Assembly: GCA_964597675.1 (NCBI GenBank) | Contig: CAZQYV010000002.1 | Span: forward strand, 7,532 to 71,531 | Reading direction: 5' to 3' | Origin: an uncultured Candidatus Saccharibacteria bacterium | GTDB lineage: Bacteria > Patescibacteriota > Minisyncoccia > Phycocordibacterales > DATDWN01 | DNA length: 64,000 nt | Shown: positions 1 through 10,447 of the stretch, piece after piece | Numbering within the stretch: the first letter of the stretch is position 1 | Layout of the letters: the number at the start of each line of letters is the position of its first letter | Program-made: the position numbers and the translations under genes | The notes under the pieces: generated by a model | Database searches by the model: none | What the model was told of the DNA's origin: nothing | What the model saw: only the letters and a program-made list of their open reading frames with translations

Positions 1-31
1 TGTTACATCATCAAATGTAGCAGGTCACGCA

Positions 32-1015
32 ATGAAAGCAACACGGTCTGGTATGGTTATTGGTCAGGCGCTTGAAGATTATGATCCTGCAGTTTCATCA
101 TCAACACAGCCAATGATTATGGCATTGGTTAAACCGGGGTATCAGGTTATAGACAACACATTTGTTTTTGGTGAAGATGATACACAACTTGCAACCGCAA
201 CATCAACAGAAAATGCACTTGCAAATGGTGGTGCAGCAGGATTTTTGATTAACCAAAAGGGTAGTGGTAATATATTGCAGTTGCAACAAAATGGTGTTGA
301 TCGATTCTTGGTCAAAGCAACGGGCGCAATCTCTGTCATGGCAAATGCAACATCGACATCTGAAAGCATCTTTAACATCCGAAATGCAGCAAACGTGCTC
401 TTTGCAATCGATGCATCTGGTGACACACAATTTGGTGGACGAATCATGGTGGACAAAGATACATCGGGAACCGCAACGATCAAAGCGGGTGATAACCAAA
501 CTACTATCACATTTACACGACCATACATTGTTGCTCCAAAAGTTATTGTGACAGTAAACGGTGTGCCAGATTTCTTCTACGGTGTGACAACAAAAACACC
601 AACTGGATTTACAATCACAGCAAACAAGGCGGTTTCTGGAGATGTGACATTTGATTGGGTTGCTCTCGTTCAAACTACCGAGACACAATCAACATCATCA
701 CTCAATCTATCTTCCGGCGGATCTAATGTGGTGATTGTTCCTACACCACAAGATCCACCAGTTGGCGGAGATACTGGGACCACAACACCTCCAACCACAG
801 GGGACACTGGTACAACTACTCCATCTGATGGTGGTACAATACCACCAGTCGATGCTGGAGCGGGCACAACAGGTGATACAGGTTCCGGATCAACAACCCC
901 TCCTGCAACACCAGATACAGTAACTCCTGATCCAACACCTACACCAGAGCCAGCTCCCGCAACAACTCCAGAACCGGCACCTGCTCCAGCGCCAGAAGTA
1001 ACACCAGCATCATAA
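32..1015 (+). CDS. H-type lectin domain surface protein with C-terminal Pro/Thr-rich tail (possibly 5'-partial; no in-frame stop upstream to window edge)
   Basis: ORF track; motif ITFTRPYIVAPKVIVTVNG...TGFTITANKAVSGDVTFDWVAL matches H-type lectin fold pattern; C-term PT-rich low complexity (TPPTTGDTGTTTP...PEPAPAP). Confidence 0.55.
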   Translation: MKATRSGMVIGQALEDYDPAVSSSTQPMIMALVKPGYQVIDNTFVFGEDDTQLATATSTENALANGGAAGFLINQKGSGNILQLQQNGVDRFLVKATGAISVMANATSTSESIFNIRNAANVLFAIDASGDTQFGGRIMVDKDTSGTATIKAGDNQTTITFTRPYIVAPKVIVTVNGVPDFFYGVTTKTPTGFTITANKAVSGDVTFDWVALVQTTETQSTSSLNLSSGGSNVVIVPTPQDPPVGGDTGTTTPPTTGDTGTTTPSDGGTIPPVDAGAGTTGDTGSGSTTPPATPDTVTPDPTPTPEPAPATTPEPAPAPAPEVTPAS

Positions 1016-1025
1016 TAATATAAAC

Positions 1026-3299
1026 ATGAATACACGAACAAAAAAATTTTTCGGCATCTACCTACCAATTATTCTTATTATCGTAACTATTTTTGTTGCA
1101 AGTTTCTTTTTTCAAAAAGTCGATACGGTTGAGGCGGGTTGGTATAACACTGGTGGTACATGGGGGTACCGTAAGGGGATTACTATTGATCACACCAAAG
1201 TTGGAGTTGGTACAACAACACCATTATTAAATTTTCCAATGCTATTTTCTGTAACAGACTCAGATCTAAAATTCACAGGTAGTGGAGGAAAGGTAGCATC
1301 ATCAACTGGGCTAGATATATTATTCACATCATCTGATGGAACAACAAAACTAGATTATGAAATGGAAAGTTATTCCAGTACAACAGGACAAGTTATAGCA
1401 TGGGTTCGTATTCCATCATTATCACCATCAGTTGATACTACTATATATGTATATTTTGGTAATGCCAGTGCAACTGATCAATCAAATAAGACGGGCGTGT
1501 GGGATTCAAGTTATAAAGGTGTGTGGCATTTGCCTGACGGTACAACTTTAACGGCAAATGATTCCACCAGTAACGCCAACAATGGGACTATAGTTGGAGC
1601 AACTGTTGCCACTGGTAAAATTGATGGTTCTGCAAATTTTGATGGAGTAGATGATTGGATCATAAGTTCAAATACTGTAAATACTGGAGTATCTACCGTT
1701 TCTACATGGGTTAAATTAAATGCTATTCCATCAGGGGATTCGTTAATAACTGGTTTTGTTCAAGGAAATGGTAGTACCGTATACGATAAGGATATTAAAA
1801 TTGACTCTGGGGGTTTAGTTAGATTTTATGTATATGGTTCTGGAACTCAGAACACCACCCCTACATCAGCACTGACAACAGGAGTATGGTATTACCTTGT
1901 AGGTACACAGGATGGGACTAATTCTTATATCTATCGTAATGGTGTACAGGAGGGTTCAGCTACAGTTGGAACTAGTTATACTAGTTATTCAAGTCCAAAT
2001 TTTTTAATTGGAGGTCGTTCATATGGATTAGGTCACACTAATCAAGTTTTGGATGAGGTTAGGTTTTCAAATATTGCACGTTCGGCGGATTGGATTGCCA
2101 CAGAGTATAATAACCAATCAAGCCCAAACACTTTTTATGTGTATGGGTCAATTGTTTTGTCAAGCCGTCCGCCAGACATCGCTGGTGTTGCTGTTAAAAA
2201 TCAGGTTACCACAGCACCAGGTTGGTACTCGACTGGTGGTCCTTGGTTATATAGAAAACAAATCACAGTTGATCATTCAAAAGTTTCAACAACAACATCA
2301 CTCACAGATTTTCCTATGCTTTTTTCTGTCACAGATATGGATTTAAAATATGTTGGTAATGGAGGGAAGATTGCTAGTTCGACTGGGGGTGACATTGTCT
2401 TTACATCTTCTGATGGGATAACTAAACTTTCTCATGAAATAGAAAAGTATTCATCAACCACGGGAGAGACAGTGGTATGGGTTAAAATCCCTACATTGTC
2501 CGGCGTGTCGGATACTATTATATATGTGTACTTTGGAAATGGTGAGGCAAGTAACCAACAAGACCCAGCGAACGTATGGGATAGTAACTATAAAGGGGTA
2601 TATCATTTGAAAGATGGGACAACACTCAACTATAGTGATAGTACTAGCAATGCAAAAAATGGTACTGTCGGGGGAGGGTCTTTTAATCCTACTGCAACAA
2701 CAGGGAAAGTAGATGGGGCAGCATCTTTTGATAACAATAGTTATCAATACATCTCTTTGCCAGGTAGTACGTTTGGTTCCGGTAGTGTGACAGTTGAGTT
2801 GTGGACAAAATTTACAACCTTTACAGGTTACTGGCCGATGTTTTCCGCTTATACTAATGATAGTAATTCAATAGAAATATTTGTTAATAATAATACTAAT
2901 TTATTTGGCGGTAATTATAACAACGCTGCAATTACTGGTGGAACGTTGGTGACTAATAAATGGTATCACGTTGTGTTAACCGCCGTTTCTGGGGGGGTTA
3001 CCCAATTCTATATAGACGGAGAACTCAGTGGAACGACCGGCACCACAAATTTTAGTACTTATACTGTAGCTCCATATATCGGTCGTCGTGCTGGTTATTA
3101 CTACAATAATATTATTGATGAAGTTAGACTGTCCTCGGGTATTGCCAGATCACCATATTGGATTAGGACGACATACAACAACCAATCATCACCAAATACT
3201 TTTTATGCCTATGGAAAATTGGAAAGTTCTAGCAGGGTAAATTCGTCCGGCGCTTCTGCTCCGACAGTAAAAACAAGGGGTGGAGTTAAGTTTCGTTAA
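1026..3299 (+). CDS. membrane-anchored surface protein with two tandem DUF2341 + LamG/ConA-like lectin modules
   Basis: N-terminal TM helix; two ~340 aa internal repeats (GWYNTGGTWGYRKGITIDHTKV... / GWYSTGGPWLYRKQITVDHSKV...) each followed by jelly-roll-like segment (DEVRFSNIARSADWI / DEVRLSSGIARSPYWI). Confidence 0.6.
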   Translation: MNTRTKKFFGIYLPIILIIVTIFVASFFFQKVDTVEAGWYNTGGTWGYRKGITIDHTKVGVGTTTPLLNFPMLFSVTDSDLKFTGSGGKVASSTGLDILFTSSDGTTKLDYEMESYSSTTGQVIAWVRIPSLSPSVDTTIYVYFGNASATDQSNKTGVWDSSYKGVWHLPDGTTLTANDSTSNANNGTIVGATVATGKIDGSANFDGVDDWIISSNTVNTGVSTVSTWVKLNAIPSGDSLITGFVQGNGSTVYDKDIKIDSGGLVRFYVYGSGTQNTTPTSALTTGVWYYLVGTQDGTNSYIYRNGVQEGSATVGTSYTSYSSPNFLIGGRSYGLGHTNQVLDEVRFSNIARSADWIATEYNNQSSPNTFYVYGSIVLSSRPPDIAGVAVKNQVTTAPGWYSTGGPWLYRKQITVDHSKVSTTTSLTDFPMLFSVTDMDLKYVGNGGKIASSTGGDIVFTSSDGITKLSHEIEKYSSTTGETVVWVKIPTLSGVSDTIIYVYFGNGEASNQQDPANVWDSNYKGVYHLKDGTTLNYSDSTSNAKNGTVGGGSFNPTATTGKVDGAASFDNNSYQYISLPGSTFGSGSVTVELWTKFTTFTGYWPMFSAYTNDSNSIEIFVNNNTNLFGGNYNNAAITGGTLVTNKWYHVVLTAVSGGVTQFYIDGELSGTTGTTNFSTYTVAPYIGRRAGYYYNNIIDEVRLSSGIARSPYWIRTTYNNQSSPNTFYAYGKLESSSRVNSSGASAPTVKTRGGVKFR

Positions 3300-3341
3300 T
3301 TATTTTGAGTGTGAAATTTATTATGTTAAAATAGAAATATT

Positions 3342-3764
3342 ATGGACTACACTGAATCAAAAAAATTATCAATCGTGTCATGGGTTATTTTGTTAGTGCT
3401 TCTCGTCGGTGTGGCAAGCGTCGGATTTTATTTTCGTGATCGATTTTTCGGTGCTCGACCTGCGTCTCTTGGTGCATCTGAATATCAGGCGGTATTTCTG
3501 ACAAATGGTCAGGTATATTTTGGTAAGATCGCAGACACGAGTAAGGAATTTATAACACTAAAAAATATTTATTATTTACAGGCAGTCCAACCTCTCCAAG
3601 GTGCATCAGCAGAGAGCCAGCCGTTCTCGCTGGTAAAGCTTGGCAAAGAATTGCACGGTCCAACTGACGTGATGTATATCAGTCGTGCGCAGGTGCTTTT
3701 CTATGAGGATCTCAGAGAAGATAGTAGTGTAGTCAAAACGATAAAGGAAAATAAGACGCAGTAG
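3342..3764 (+). CDS. hypothetical membrane protein (single N-terminal TM)
   Basis: ORF with hydrophobic N-terminus; no recognisable family. Confidence 0.4.
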   Translation: MDYTESKKLSIVSWVILLVLLVGVASVGFYFRDRFFGARPASLGASEYQAVFLTNGQVYFGKIADTSKEFITLKNIYYLQAVQPLQGASAESQPFSLVKLGKELHGPTDVMYISRAQVLFYEDLREDSSVVKTIKENKTQ

Positions 3765-3790
3765 GTTTGATTAGACTTACAAAAAAGATG

Positions 3791-3821
3791 TTGGACGAGT
3801 AGGGTGGTTGTGTGGTATAAT
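3791..3821 (+). promoter_or_regulatory. sigma70-like promoter (TTGGAC ... TGgTATAAT extended -10) for rnpB
   Basis: TTGGAC at 3791, TG-n-TATAAT at 3813-3821, 7 nt before predicted P1 helix. Confidence 0.5.
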
Positions 3822-3827
3822 AGACGT

Positions 3828-4180
3828 GTTATGTTGGGTAATTGCTCCGACTTTGTTGGAGAGGAAAGTCCGAACATTCACTCGCGCATAATGCTTAGGT
3901 GTGATAGCGCGAGGAGAGTAGCGGGTAACGCCCGTCCGTGGCAACACGAGAGGTGCGAGCAGTGACGCCAAAGGCGAAAGCTAATGGGTTCCTTTGGGAA
4001 TAATCCAGTTGAAAGACTGGGGTGAAACGGCAAAATCCTTACTTGGATGCAAGGCCGTGTCTGTCTGTATAGACAGAAGTGCCGCTTGACCCTATAGGTA
4101 ACTATAGGGCTAGATAAATAGTTATCGTTCAGTATTATTTTGATACTGGATACAGAATTCGGCTTATAGGCATAACATTA
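3828..4180 (+). ncRNA. rnpB: RNase P RNA (bacterial type A)
   Basis: conserved GAGGAAAGUCCGAAC (P4 5' strand), GGGUAACGCC, and 3' ACAGAAUUCGGCUUAUAGG (P4 3' strand) matching M1 RNA ACAGAACCCGGCUUA; P1 pairing gttatg(3829)/cataac(4171). Confidence 0.8.
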
Positions 4181-4182
4181 TG

Positions 4183-4224
4183 AAAACCCTCTCTCAAAAA
4201 GAGAGGGTTTTCTCGTTATTTTGG
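4183..4224 (+). terminator. rho-independent terminator after rnpB
   Basis: aaaaccctctct-caaaaa-gagagggtttt hairpin followed by T-rich run. Confidence 0.7.
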
Positions 4225-4324
4225 CTTTACTTATCAACATTTTTTGGATTGAAATAAGGGGATAAAAGCATATAATAAAGGTATATAAGTAGGAGAGTTT
4301 ATTATTAGTTTTTATCTATATTTC

Positions 4325-6709
4325 ATGCAAGAAAATAATGATGTGCTAGTGCAGAATAATCGAAATATGTTTGAGAAAATTGCCTTTGGAATTCTCTTTC
4401 TGGTGGCGTTTCTCACCCCAATATTCTTTTTACCTGTTGCCTTTATCTCTACACAGTTTGCCACAAGTTTGCTGTTTGGCTTTGGGGTTATTGCTGCGAC
4501 AATCGTGTATGTCATTGCAGGTTTAGTTTCTGGTAAAATTGATATCCCACAACGAGGTAAATATATGTTGGGGGCACTTGCTATTGTGCCACTCATGTAC
4601 GTGCTCGCAGGTATATCCAATGGCTTTTCTCGCATGACTTTTCTAGGTTATACGTTTGATATAAGCACTGTTGGTTTTATACTACTTTCCTTCATCTTTT
4701 TGTTTCTAGTGTCGATGCTTTTCCGATCAAAAAAGCGCATGATCAGTTCGTACATTGCATTTATCATGGGCGCAATTCTTCTTGTAGTATTTATTTCTGT
4801 TCGATTAATCATGGGGGTAAAGGTTCTTTCATTTGGAATATTTACGGATCTTACAACAACGCCGATTGGTGCATGGAATAATCTCGGTATATTTTTTGGT
4901 ATAACAACTCTCCTTTCACTTATTTCTTTTGAAATGATTCCTGCAAGTAAGTTGACCAAGACTCTTCTTGCAATTGCACTTTTGGGATCACTTTTTTTTC
5001 TTGCTCTTATTAACTTTTCTACTATCTGGATCGTGGTTGCAGTCTGCTCCCTTTTGTTTGTTGTTTATCGTGTATTTAGTCAACCATCCGATGCGTTTGC
5101 TCCTCTTGATTGGAAGGTGCGTCTACGACGAATTCCGGTGTATTCAGTCATCGTATGTATTATAGCAGTTGTCTTTACGCTATGGGGTTCAACTCTCGGT
5201 GTATTTCTTGCAAATAAATTATCTATATCAAATGTTGATGTCCGACCATCACTTTCGGTCACTCTCGATATTGCACGTAACACGATTCAATCACGACCAT
5301 TGTTTGGATCTGGTCCAAATACGTTTGTGACACAGTGGCTGTCCTATAAGCCAAATGATATTACACAGGGCGTATTTTGGAATACAGATTTTGCTTATGG
5401 TATTGGACTTATTCCAACATTTGCTGTTACAACTGGTTTATTTGGTGTATTATCATGGCTTCTATTTTTTGCTTTCTTTATTTTTCTTGGAGTTAAATCT
5501 ATTTTTGCCCACATTGATGATGTGATATTAAAATATTTTGTTACATCGTCATTCTTTGTGTCACTATATCTGTGGATTATGACATGGGTCTATGTTCCAA
5601 GTGGTGTAATTTTTATTCTGACATTCTTTTTCACGGGACTCTTCTTTGCATCAGTTTTTGTTAGTGACATAATGCAGACAACAGAGCATACGTTTACTAT
5701 CAATCCAAGATCTGGATTCTTTACATCTCTTGTTCTCATGGCTATTTTGGTCGCGGTTGGTGGGCTCGGGTACGGCTTGTTCAAAAATTCAAAATCACTT
5801 TGGTACTTCCAAAAGAGTTCATACGCATTGAGCGTCAGTGGCGATTTAAATTCTGCTGAACAATTGATGGCACGCGCAATTGCTACTGTGCCGTATGACA
5901 CATACTACCGTGCACTTTCTGAAATAGAGCTTATCCGACTCGGTCAGGTTGTCAATCAGGATGCGACAAAAATAAAAGAAGAGGATTTGCAAAAACAGTT
6001 TATAGAAGTATTTACTGCTGCGGTAAATGCAGGTATTGGTGCACGAAATGCTGATCCTGTTAATTACTTGAACTGGATTGCTTTGGGGAAAATATATGAA
6101 TCAGTCATACCACTCAAGGTACAGCAGTCCTACGAAAGTGCACAGTTTGCTTATAACGAGGCGCTACGGCGTAACCCAAAGAATCCGGGTATTTATGTGT
6201 TGTTTGCCCGTCTTGAAATTGCACGTGGAGATCTAAAGAGTGCCCGCAATTATGTGTCACAAGCGATACAAGCAAAACAAAACTATACTGATGCATACTT
6301 CCTTCTATCTCAAATCGAGGTTGCGGACAAGAACGTAAAAGGTGCAATTGATTCTGTTACCACTGCGACGGTAATTGATCCAACAAATGCAAACACATTT
6401 TTCCAACTTGGTCTCCTAAAATATAATGCACAGGATATCACAGGGGCAATTACAGCACTTGAACAATCGTTAAAAATCGCACCAGATTACGCCAATGCAA
6501 AATATTTCCTTGGTCTGAGTTATGAGTCACAAGGACAACATGATAAAGCGATTGCCCTTTTTGAAGATCTTGCCAAGACAAATCCTGATAGTAAGGAGGT
6601 TGCAACGATTCTCGAGTCACTTAAGGCAGGGAAGCCAATCTTCACCAGTCAGCAGGATACAAAGCCGGAAAATCGAGCAACATTACCTGTTAAGGAAAAA
6701 ACACAATAG
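4325..6709 (+). CDS. polytopic membrane protein with C-terminal TPR repeats (Wzy/O-antigen ligase-like family, cell-envelope glycan assembly)
   Basis: >=10 predicted TM helices in first 450 aa; C-terminal TPR-like repeats (AYNEALRRNPKNPGIYVLFARLEIARGDLKSAR...); adjacent to murJ. Confidence 0.5.
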   Translation: MQENNDVLVQNNRNMFEKIAFGILFLVAFLTPIFFLPVAFISTQFATSLLFGFGVIAATIVYVIAGLVSGKIDIPQRGKYMLGALAIVPLMYVLAGISNGFSRMTFLGYTFDISTVGFILLSFIFLFLVSMLFRSKKRMISSYIAFIMGAILLVVFISVRLIMGVKVLSFGIFTDLTTTPIGAWNNLGIFFGITTLLSLISFEMIPASKLTKTLLAIALLGSLFFLALINFSTIWIVVAVCSLLFVVYRVFSQPSDAFAPLDWKVRLRRIPVYSVIVCIIAVVFTLWGSTLGVFLANKLSISNVDVRPSLSVTLDIARNTIQSRPLFGSGPNTFVTQWLSYKPNDITQGVFWNTDFAYGIGLIPTFAVTTGLFGVLSWLLFFAFFIFLGVKSIFAHIDDVILKYFVTSSFFVSLYLWIMTWVYVPSGVIFILTFFFTGLFFASVFVSDIMQTTEHTFTINPRSGFFTSLVLMAILVAVGGLGYGLFKNSKSLWYFQKSSYALSVSGDLNSAEQLMARAIATVPYDTYYRALSEIELIRLGQVVNQDATKIKEEDLQKQFIEVFTAAVNAGIGARNADPVNYLNWIALGKIYESVIPLKVQQSYESAQFAYNEALRRNPKNPGIYVLFARLEIARGDLKSARNYVSQAIQAKQNYTDAYFLLSQIEVADKNVKGAIDSVTTATVIDPTNANTFFQLGLLKYNAQDITGAITALEQSLKIAPDYANAKYFLGLSYESQGQHDKAIALFEDLAKTNPDSKEVATILESLKAGKPIFTSQQDTKPENRATLPVKEKTQ

Positions 6710-6715
6710 GTTTCT

Positions 6716-8392
6716 ATGGTAAAGCGTCTACTACATTTATTACATAAAGAGATATCCGGCCTTCACCAGGCCGCTTATCTTTTGGGTTTTTTTGCACTGT
6801 GCTCACAGTTTCTTGCATTAATCCGTGATCGCATGCTTGCGTCTAATTTTGGCGCAACAAATACTCTCGATTTATATTATGCCGCTTTCAGAATTCCTGA
6901 TATGCTTTTTGTTACAGCTGCATCTATTGTTTCCATATCGGTCATTATTCCATTTTTGGTTGAGCGATTTGAAAAAAGCGATGCAGCAGCAAAAGAGTTT
7001 CTTGATGATATTTTTACTTTTTTCTTTTGTTTTATTGTTGGTGTTGGATTGATTGCATTTATAACAGCACCTTATATTTTACTTTTGTTGTTTCCATCCT
7101 TTATTGCCACTGGCTCTTTCGATACCTTAGTTAGTCTTACTCGTATATTACTTTTGTCTCCAATTTTTCTGGGATTTTCAAATCTTTTGGCAAGTATTAC
7201 TCAGATACGTAAAAGATTTTTCGTGTATGCGATGTCTCCGGTTTTGTATAATATTGGCATTATATTTGGCATCATGTTTTTATATCCACTGTACGGATTG
7301 GTGGGCCTTGGGTGGGGTGTGGTTATTGGTGCATGTATGCATTTTGCTATTCAGTTACCTTTTGTTATCAGACAAGGATTATTGCCCAGTCTTTCTTTTC
7401 CGCTCCGATTCAATGCGATAAAACGTGTTATATATACATCAATACCTAGGACACTGACTGTTTCGTCAAACGAGATTGCAGAGTTGTTTCTTATTTCCTT
7501 TGCGTCATTTTTAATCCCCGGTTCTATTTCGATTTTTAATTTTTCTTTCAACCTTCAATCGGTACCATTTAGTATTATTGGTGTCAGTTATTCTCTGGCA
7601 GCATTCCCGACTCTTAGTCGTTTCTTTTCTCGAGGTGAGACGGGTGAATTTGTTCAGCAGATGATTACAACATCAAAACATATTATTTTTTGGTCTATTC
7701 CTATCTCGATTATGTTCATTGTTTTGAGGGCACAGATTGTTCGTACAATACTCGGGGCTGGACGTTTTAACTGGGATGATACACGACTGACTGCTGCAGC
7801 ACTGGCGATATTTACCATATCGCTAATTGCTCAAAATTTGATGACACTTTTTGTTCGCTCATACTATGCTAGAGGTAAGACACGAACGCCTTTGATTATG
7901 AATGTGATATCGGCCAGTGGTATTATTGCTATTAGTTTCGGTTTGGTTGAGTTATTTCAGCACAATCAATTTTTCAAAGATTTTGTGGAGTCATTACTCA
8001 AAGTTCAAGACATTTCTGGATCTGTCGTGCTTATGTTGCCACTCGGTTTTACTATAGGTGTAATATTAAACGTATGTATGCATTGGGTTGATTTTTCTCG
8101 AGAATTTCGTACATACTCACGAGAGGTTCTTTCCACATTGTTTCAGGTGCTTTCTGCATCTGTCATAATGGGTTACGTCACATACATTATGTTGAATGTT
8201 TTTGATGGTATATTTAATGTACATACTGGTTTAGGTATATTTATGCAAGGTTTTGTGTCCGGAATAGTCGGGATATGTGCCCTTGTTTTTGTACTATTTA
8301 TTCTAGGGAGTGTTGAACTTCGTATGGTATGGCAGACACTTCATCGTAAGATATGGAAGACAGAAGTCGTCCCTCCAGATGCTGAATTATAG
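6716..8392 (+). CDS. murJ: lipid II flippase MurJ/MviN
   Basis: 558 aa, ~14 TM, N-terminal LLGFFALCSQFLALIRDRMLASNFGATNTLDLYYAAFRIPDMLF signature. Confidence 0.8.
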   Translation: MVKRLLHLLHKEISGLHQAAYLLGFFALCSQFLALIRDRMLASNFGATNTLDLYYAAFRIPDMLFVTAASIVSISVIIPFLVERFEKSDAAAKEFLDDIFTFFFCFIVGVGLIAFITAPYILLLLFPSFIATGSFDTLVSLTRILLLSPIFLGFSNLLASITQIRKRFFVYAMSPVLYNIGIIFGIMFLYPLYGLVGLGWGVVIGACMHFAIQLPFVIRQGLLPSLSFPLRFNAIKRVIYTSIPRTLTVSSNEIAELFLISFASFLIPGSISIFNFSFNLQSVPFSIIGVSYSLAAFPTLSRFFSRGETGEFVQQMITTSKHIIFWSIPISIMFIVLRAQIVRTILGAGRFNWDDTRLTAAALAIFTISLIAQNLMTLFVRSYYARGKTRTPLIMNVISASGIIAISFGLVELFQHNQFFKDFVESLLKVQDISGSVVLMLPLGFTIGVILNVCMHWVDFSREFRTYSREVLSTLFQVLSASVIMGYVTYIMLNVFDGIFNVHTGLGIFMQGFVSGIVGICALVFVLFILGSVELRMVWQTLHRKIWKTEVVPPDAEL

Positions 8393-8415
8393 ATTTTGTG
8401 CTTTAATGGACAGAT

Positions 8416-10275
8416 ATGAAGCATATCCGTAATTTTAGTATTATCGCCCACATTGACCATGGTAAAAGTACCTTGGCTGATCGGATGTTGGAAATAACAG
8501 GCACAATCGAAAAACGAAAGATGCATGATCAGGTTCTTGACTCAATGGAGCTGGAGCGGGAAAGAGGGATTACGATCAAGATGCAGCCAGTCAGGATGAT
8601 GTATAAAATGCAAGATTCAGGAGAGAGGATTCAGGATTCAGGAATAGATGCAAGAAGTCAGAATACTCATCAATTAGAGTATGTCTTGAATCTGATCGAT
8701 ACTCCTGGGCATATTGATTTTTCCTATGAGGTCTCTCGGGCACTAAAGGCAGTGGAGGGCTCTATTTTGCTTGTTGATGCTACGCAGGGTGTACAGGCCC
8801 AAACATTAACTACGTTGGCTATGGCGCGAGAATCAGGTCTTACTATTATCCCTGTCTTGAGTAAAGTTGATTCACCTCTTGCTCGTGTAGAAGATGTAAA
8901 ATTGGAGATGGTTACTTTGTTGGGGTGTGAGAAAGAAGATATTATCGAGACATCCGGACGCACCGGATTTGGGGTCGATAGTCTCTTGCAGGAGATAATT
9001 AAAAAAGTTCCACCACCAGTCGCTCATGATAATACAAATCTGTTTCGTGCGCTTGTGTTTGATTTTAAATACTCTACACATCGTGGAGTGATTGTTTTTG
9101 TCCGTGTTATGAGTGGATCGATTTCACGTAATGTGCCACTTTCATTTAAGATTGCTAAAGAAACTTTTACAGGTATAGAGGTTGGGATATTTTCTCCAGA
9201 TGAAAAGCCAGTTGAAACTTTATCCGAGGGTGAAATAGGTTATATAGTAACTGGTATAAAACAACCGGGTATCGCATCCGTTGGAGACACAGTTGCTGTC
9301 ATTTCTGACACATTACCTCCTCTAGACGGTTATATGTCACCACGTCCAGTTGTTTGGGCTTCTGTGTATCCAGAGAGCCAAGATGATTTTGTGACACTCC
9401 GACAATCTCTTGGAAAATTAAAATTATCTGATTCATCATACACATACGAGGAGGAATCATCCGGCGTGTTGGGGCGCGGCTTTAGATGCGGATTTTTGGG
9501 GATGCTTCATCTGGAGATAATTACAGAGCGTCTTCGTCGCGAATTTAATCTCAATCTCGTGGTGACGATGCCGACAATTACATATGAAGTAGTCTACAAA
9601 AATGGGAGTGGGGAAAAAGCGGGGAAAAGAGAAATGATTTACTCACCTTCTCATTTTCCTGATGAAGGTGCTGTTTCAGAGATATATGAGCCATGGGTGA
9701 AAGTGGTTATAATCACACCGTCATCATATATGGGCAATATTATACAGTTGCTTTATGAGCATGAAGGGGAAGTTGGTAATTCAGAAAATTTTGGTGATGA
9801 TCGTACAGAGATGCATGTCATGATGCCATTACGTGAACTAATGCGTAATTTCTTTGATAAGTTAAAAAGTACTACATCTGGGTTTGGTTCTATTTCCTAC
9901 GAGATTGTAGGTATGCGAAAAGCAGAAGTGGTACGTATGGATATTTTGGTCGCAGACGAAGTTGTTCCTGCATTTTCTAGAGTTGTTTCGCGACGAATTG
10001 TCGAGGAGGAGGCAGAAAACGCAGTGGAAAAATTACATGGACTTTTGCCACGACAGATGTTTGTTATGAAGGTTCAAGCAAAGGCCCTCGGGCGAATTAT
10101 CTCTTCAAGAACAATTGCTGCATATAGTAAGGATGTCACCCAGCACATGTATGGTGGAGATATTACTAGAAAAATGAAGTTACGAGAAAAACAAAAGAAA
10201 GGTAAAAAGAAAATGCGTGCTCGTGGCACAGTAAATATACCACAAGACGTATTTATCAAAATGATGCGAAGCTAG
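8416..10275 (+). CDS. lepA: elongation factor 4 (LepA) with ~20 aa insertion in G domain
   Basis: [21 protein letters not shown]...MELERERGITIK...DTPGHIDF; C-term KQKKGKKKMRARGTVNIPQDVF. Confidence 0.85.
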   Translation: MKHIRNFSIIAHIDHGKSTLADRMLEITGTIEKRKMHDQVLDSMELERERGITIKMQPVRMMYKMQDSGERIQDSGIDARSQNTHQLEYVLNLIDTPGHIDFSYEVSRALKAVEGSILLVDATQGVQAQTLTTLAMARESGLTIIPVLSKVDSPLARVEDVKLEMVTLLGCEKEDIIETSGRTGFGVDSLLQEIIKKVPPPVAHDNTNLFRALVFDFKYSTHRGVIVFVRVMSGSISRNVPLSFKIAKETFTGIEVGIFSPDEKPVETLSEGEIGYIVTGIKQPGIASVGDTVAVISDTLPPLDGYMSPRPVVWASVYPESQDDFVTLRQSLGKLKLSDSSYTYEEESSGVLGRGFRCGFLGMLHLEIITERLRREFNLNLVVTMPTITYEVVYKNGSGEKAGKREMIYSPSHFPDEGAVSEIYEPWVKVVIITPSSYMGNIIQLLYEHEGEVGNSENFGDDRTEMHVMMPLRELMRNFFDKLKSTTSGFGSISYEIVGMRKAEVVRMDILVADEVVPAFSRVVSRRIVEEEAENAVEKLHGLLPRQMFVMKVQAKALGRIISSRTIAAYSKDVTQHMYGGDITRKMKLREKQKKGKKKMRARGTVNIPQDVFIKMMRS

Positions 10276-10276
10276 T

Positions 10277-10305
10277 TTTACCGAGGTCTTTCCTCGGTAA
10301 AATTA
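10277..10305 (+). terminator. hairpin terminator after lepA
   Basis: ttttaccgagg-tctttc-ctcggtaaaatt. Confidence 0.45.
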
Positions 10306-10447
10306 CATGAGGAGAGAAGGGATGTAGAGTAGGATCATACTAATAACAATCAATACGACAAGTATTTTCCATACAAACTGTATCTTTTTTTGGTGATTTT
10401 TCTGAAATAACATATATATAGTATAATGTATCTAATATATCTATACT

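Noticed and set aside
3777-3971. 64-aa minus-strand ORF
   Set aside because: Lies entirely inside the RNase P RNA gene.
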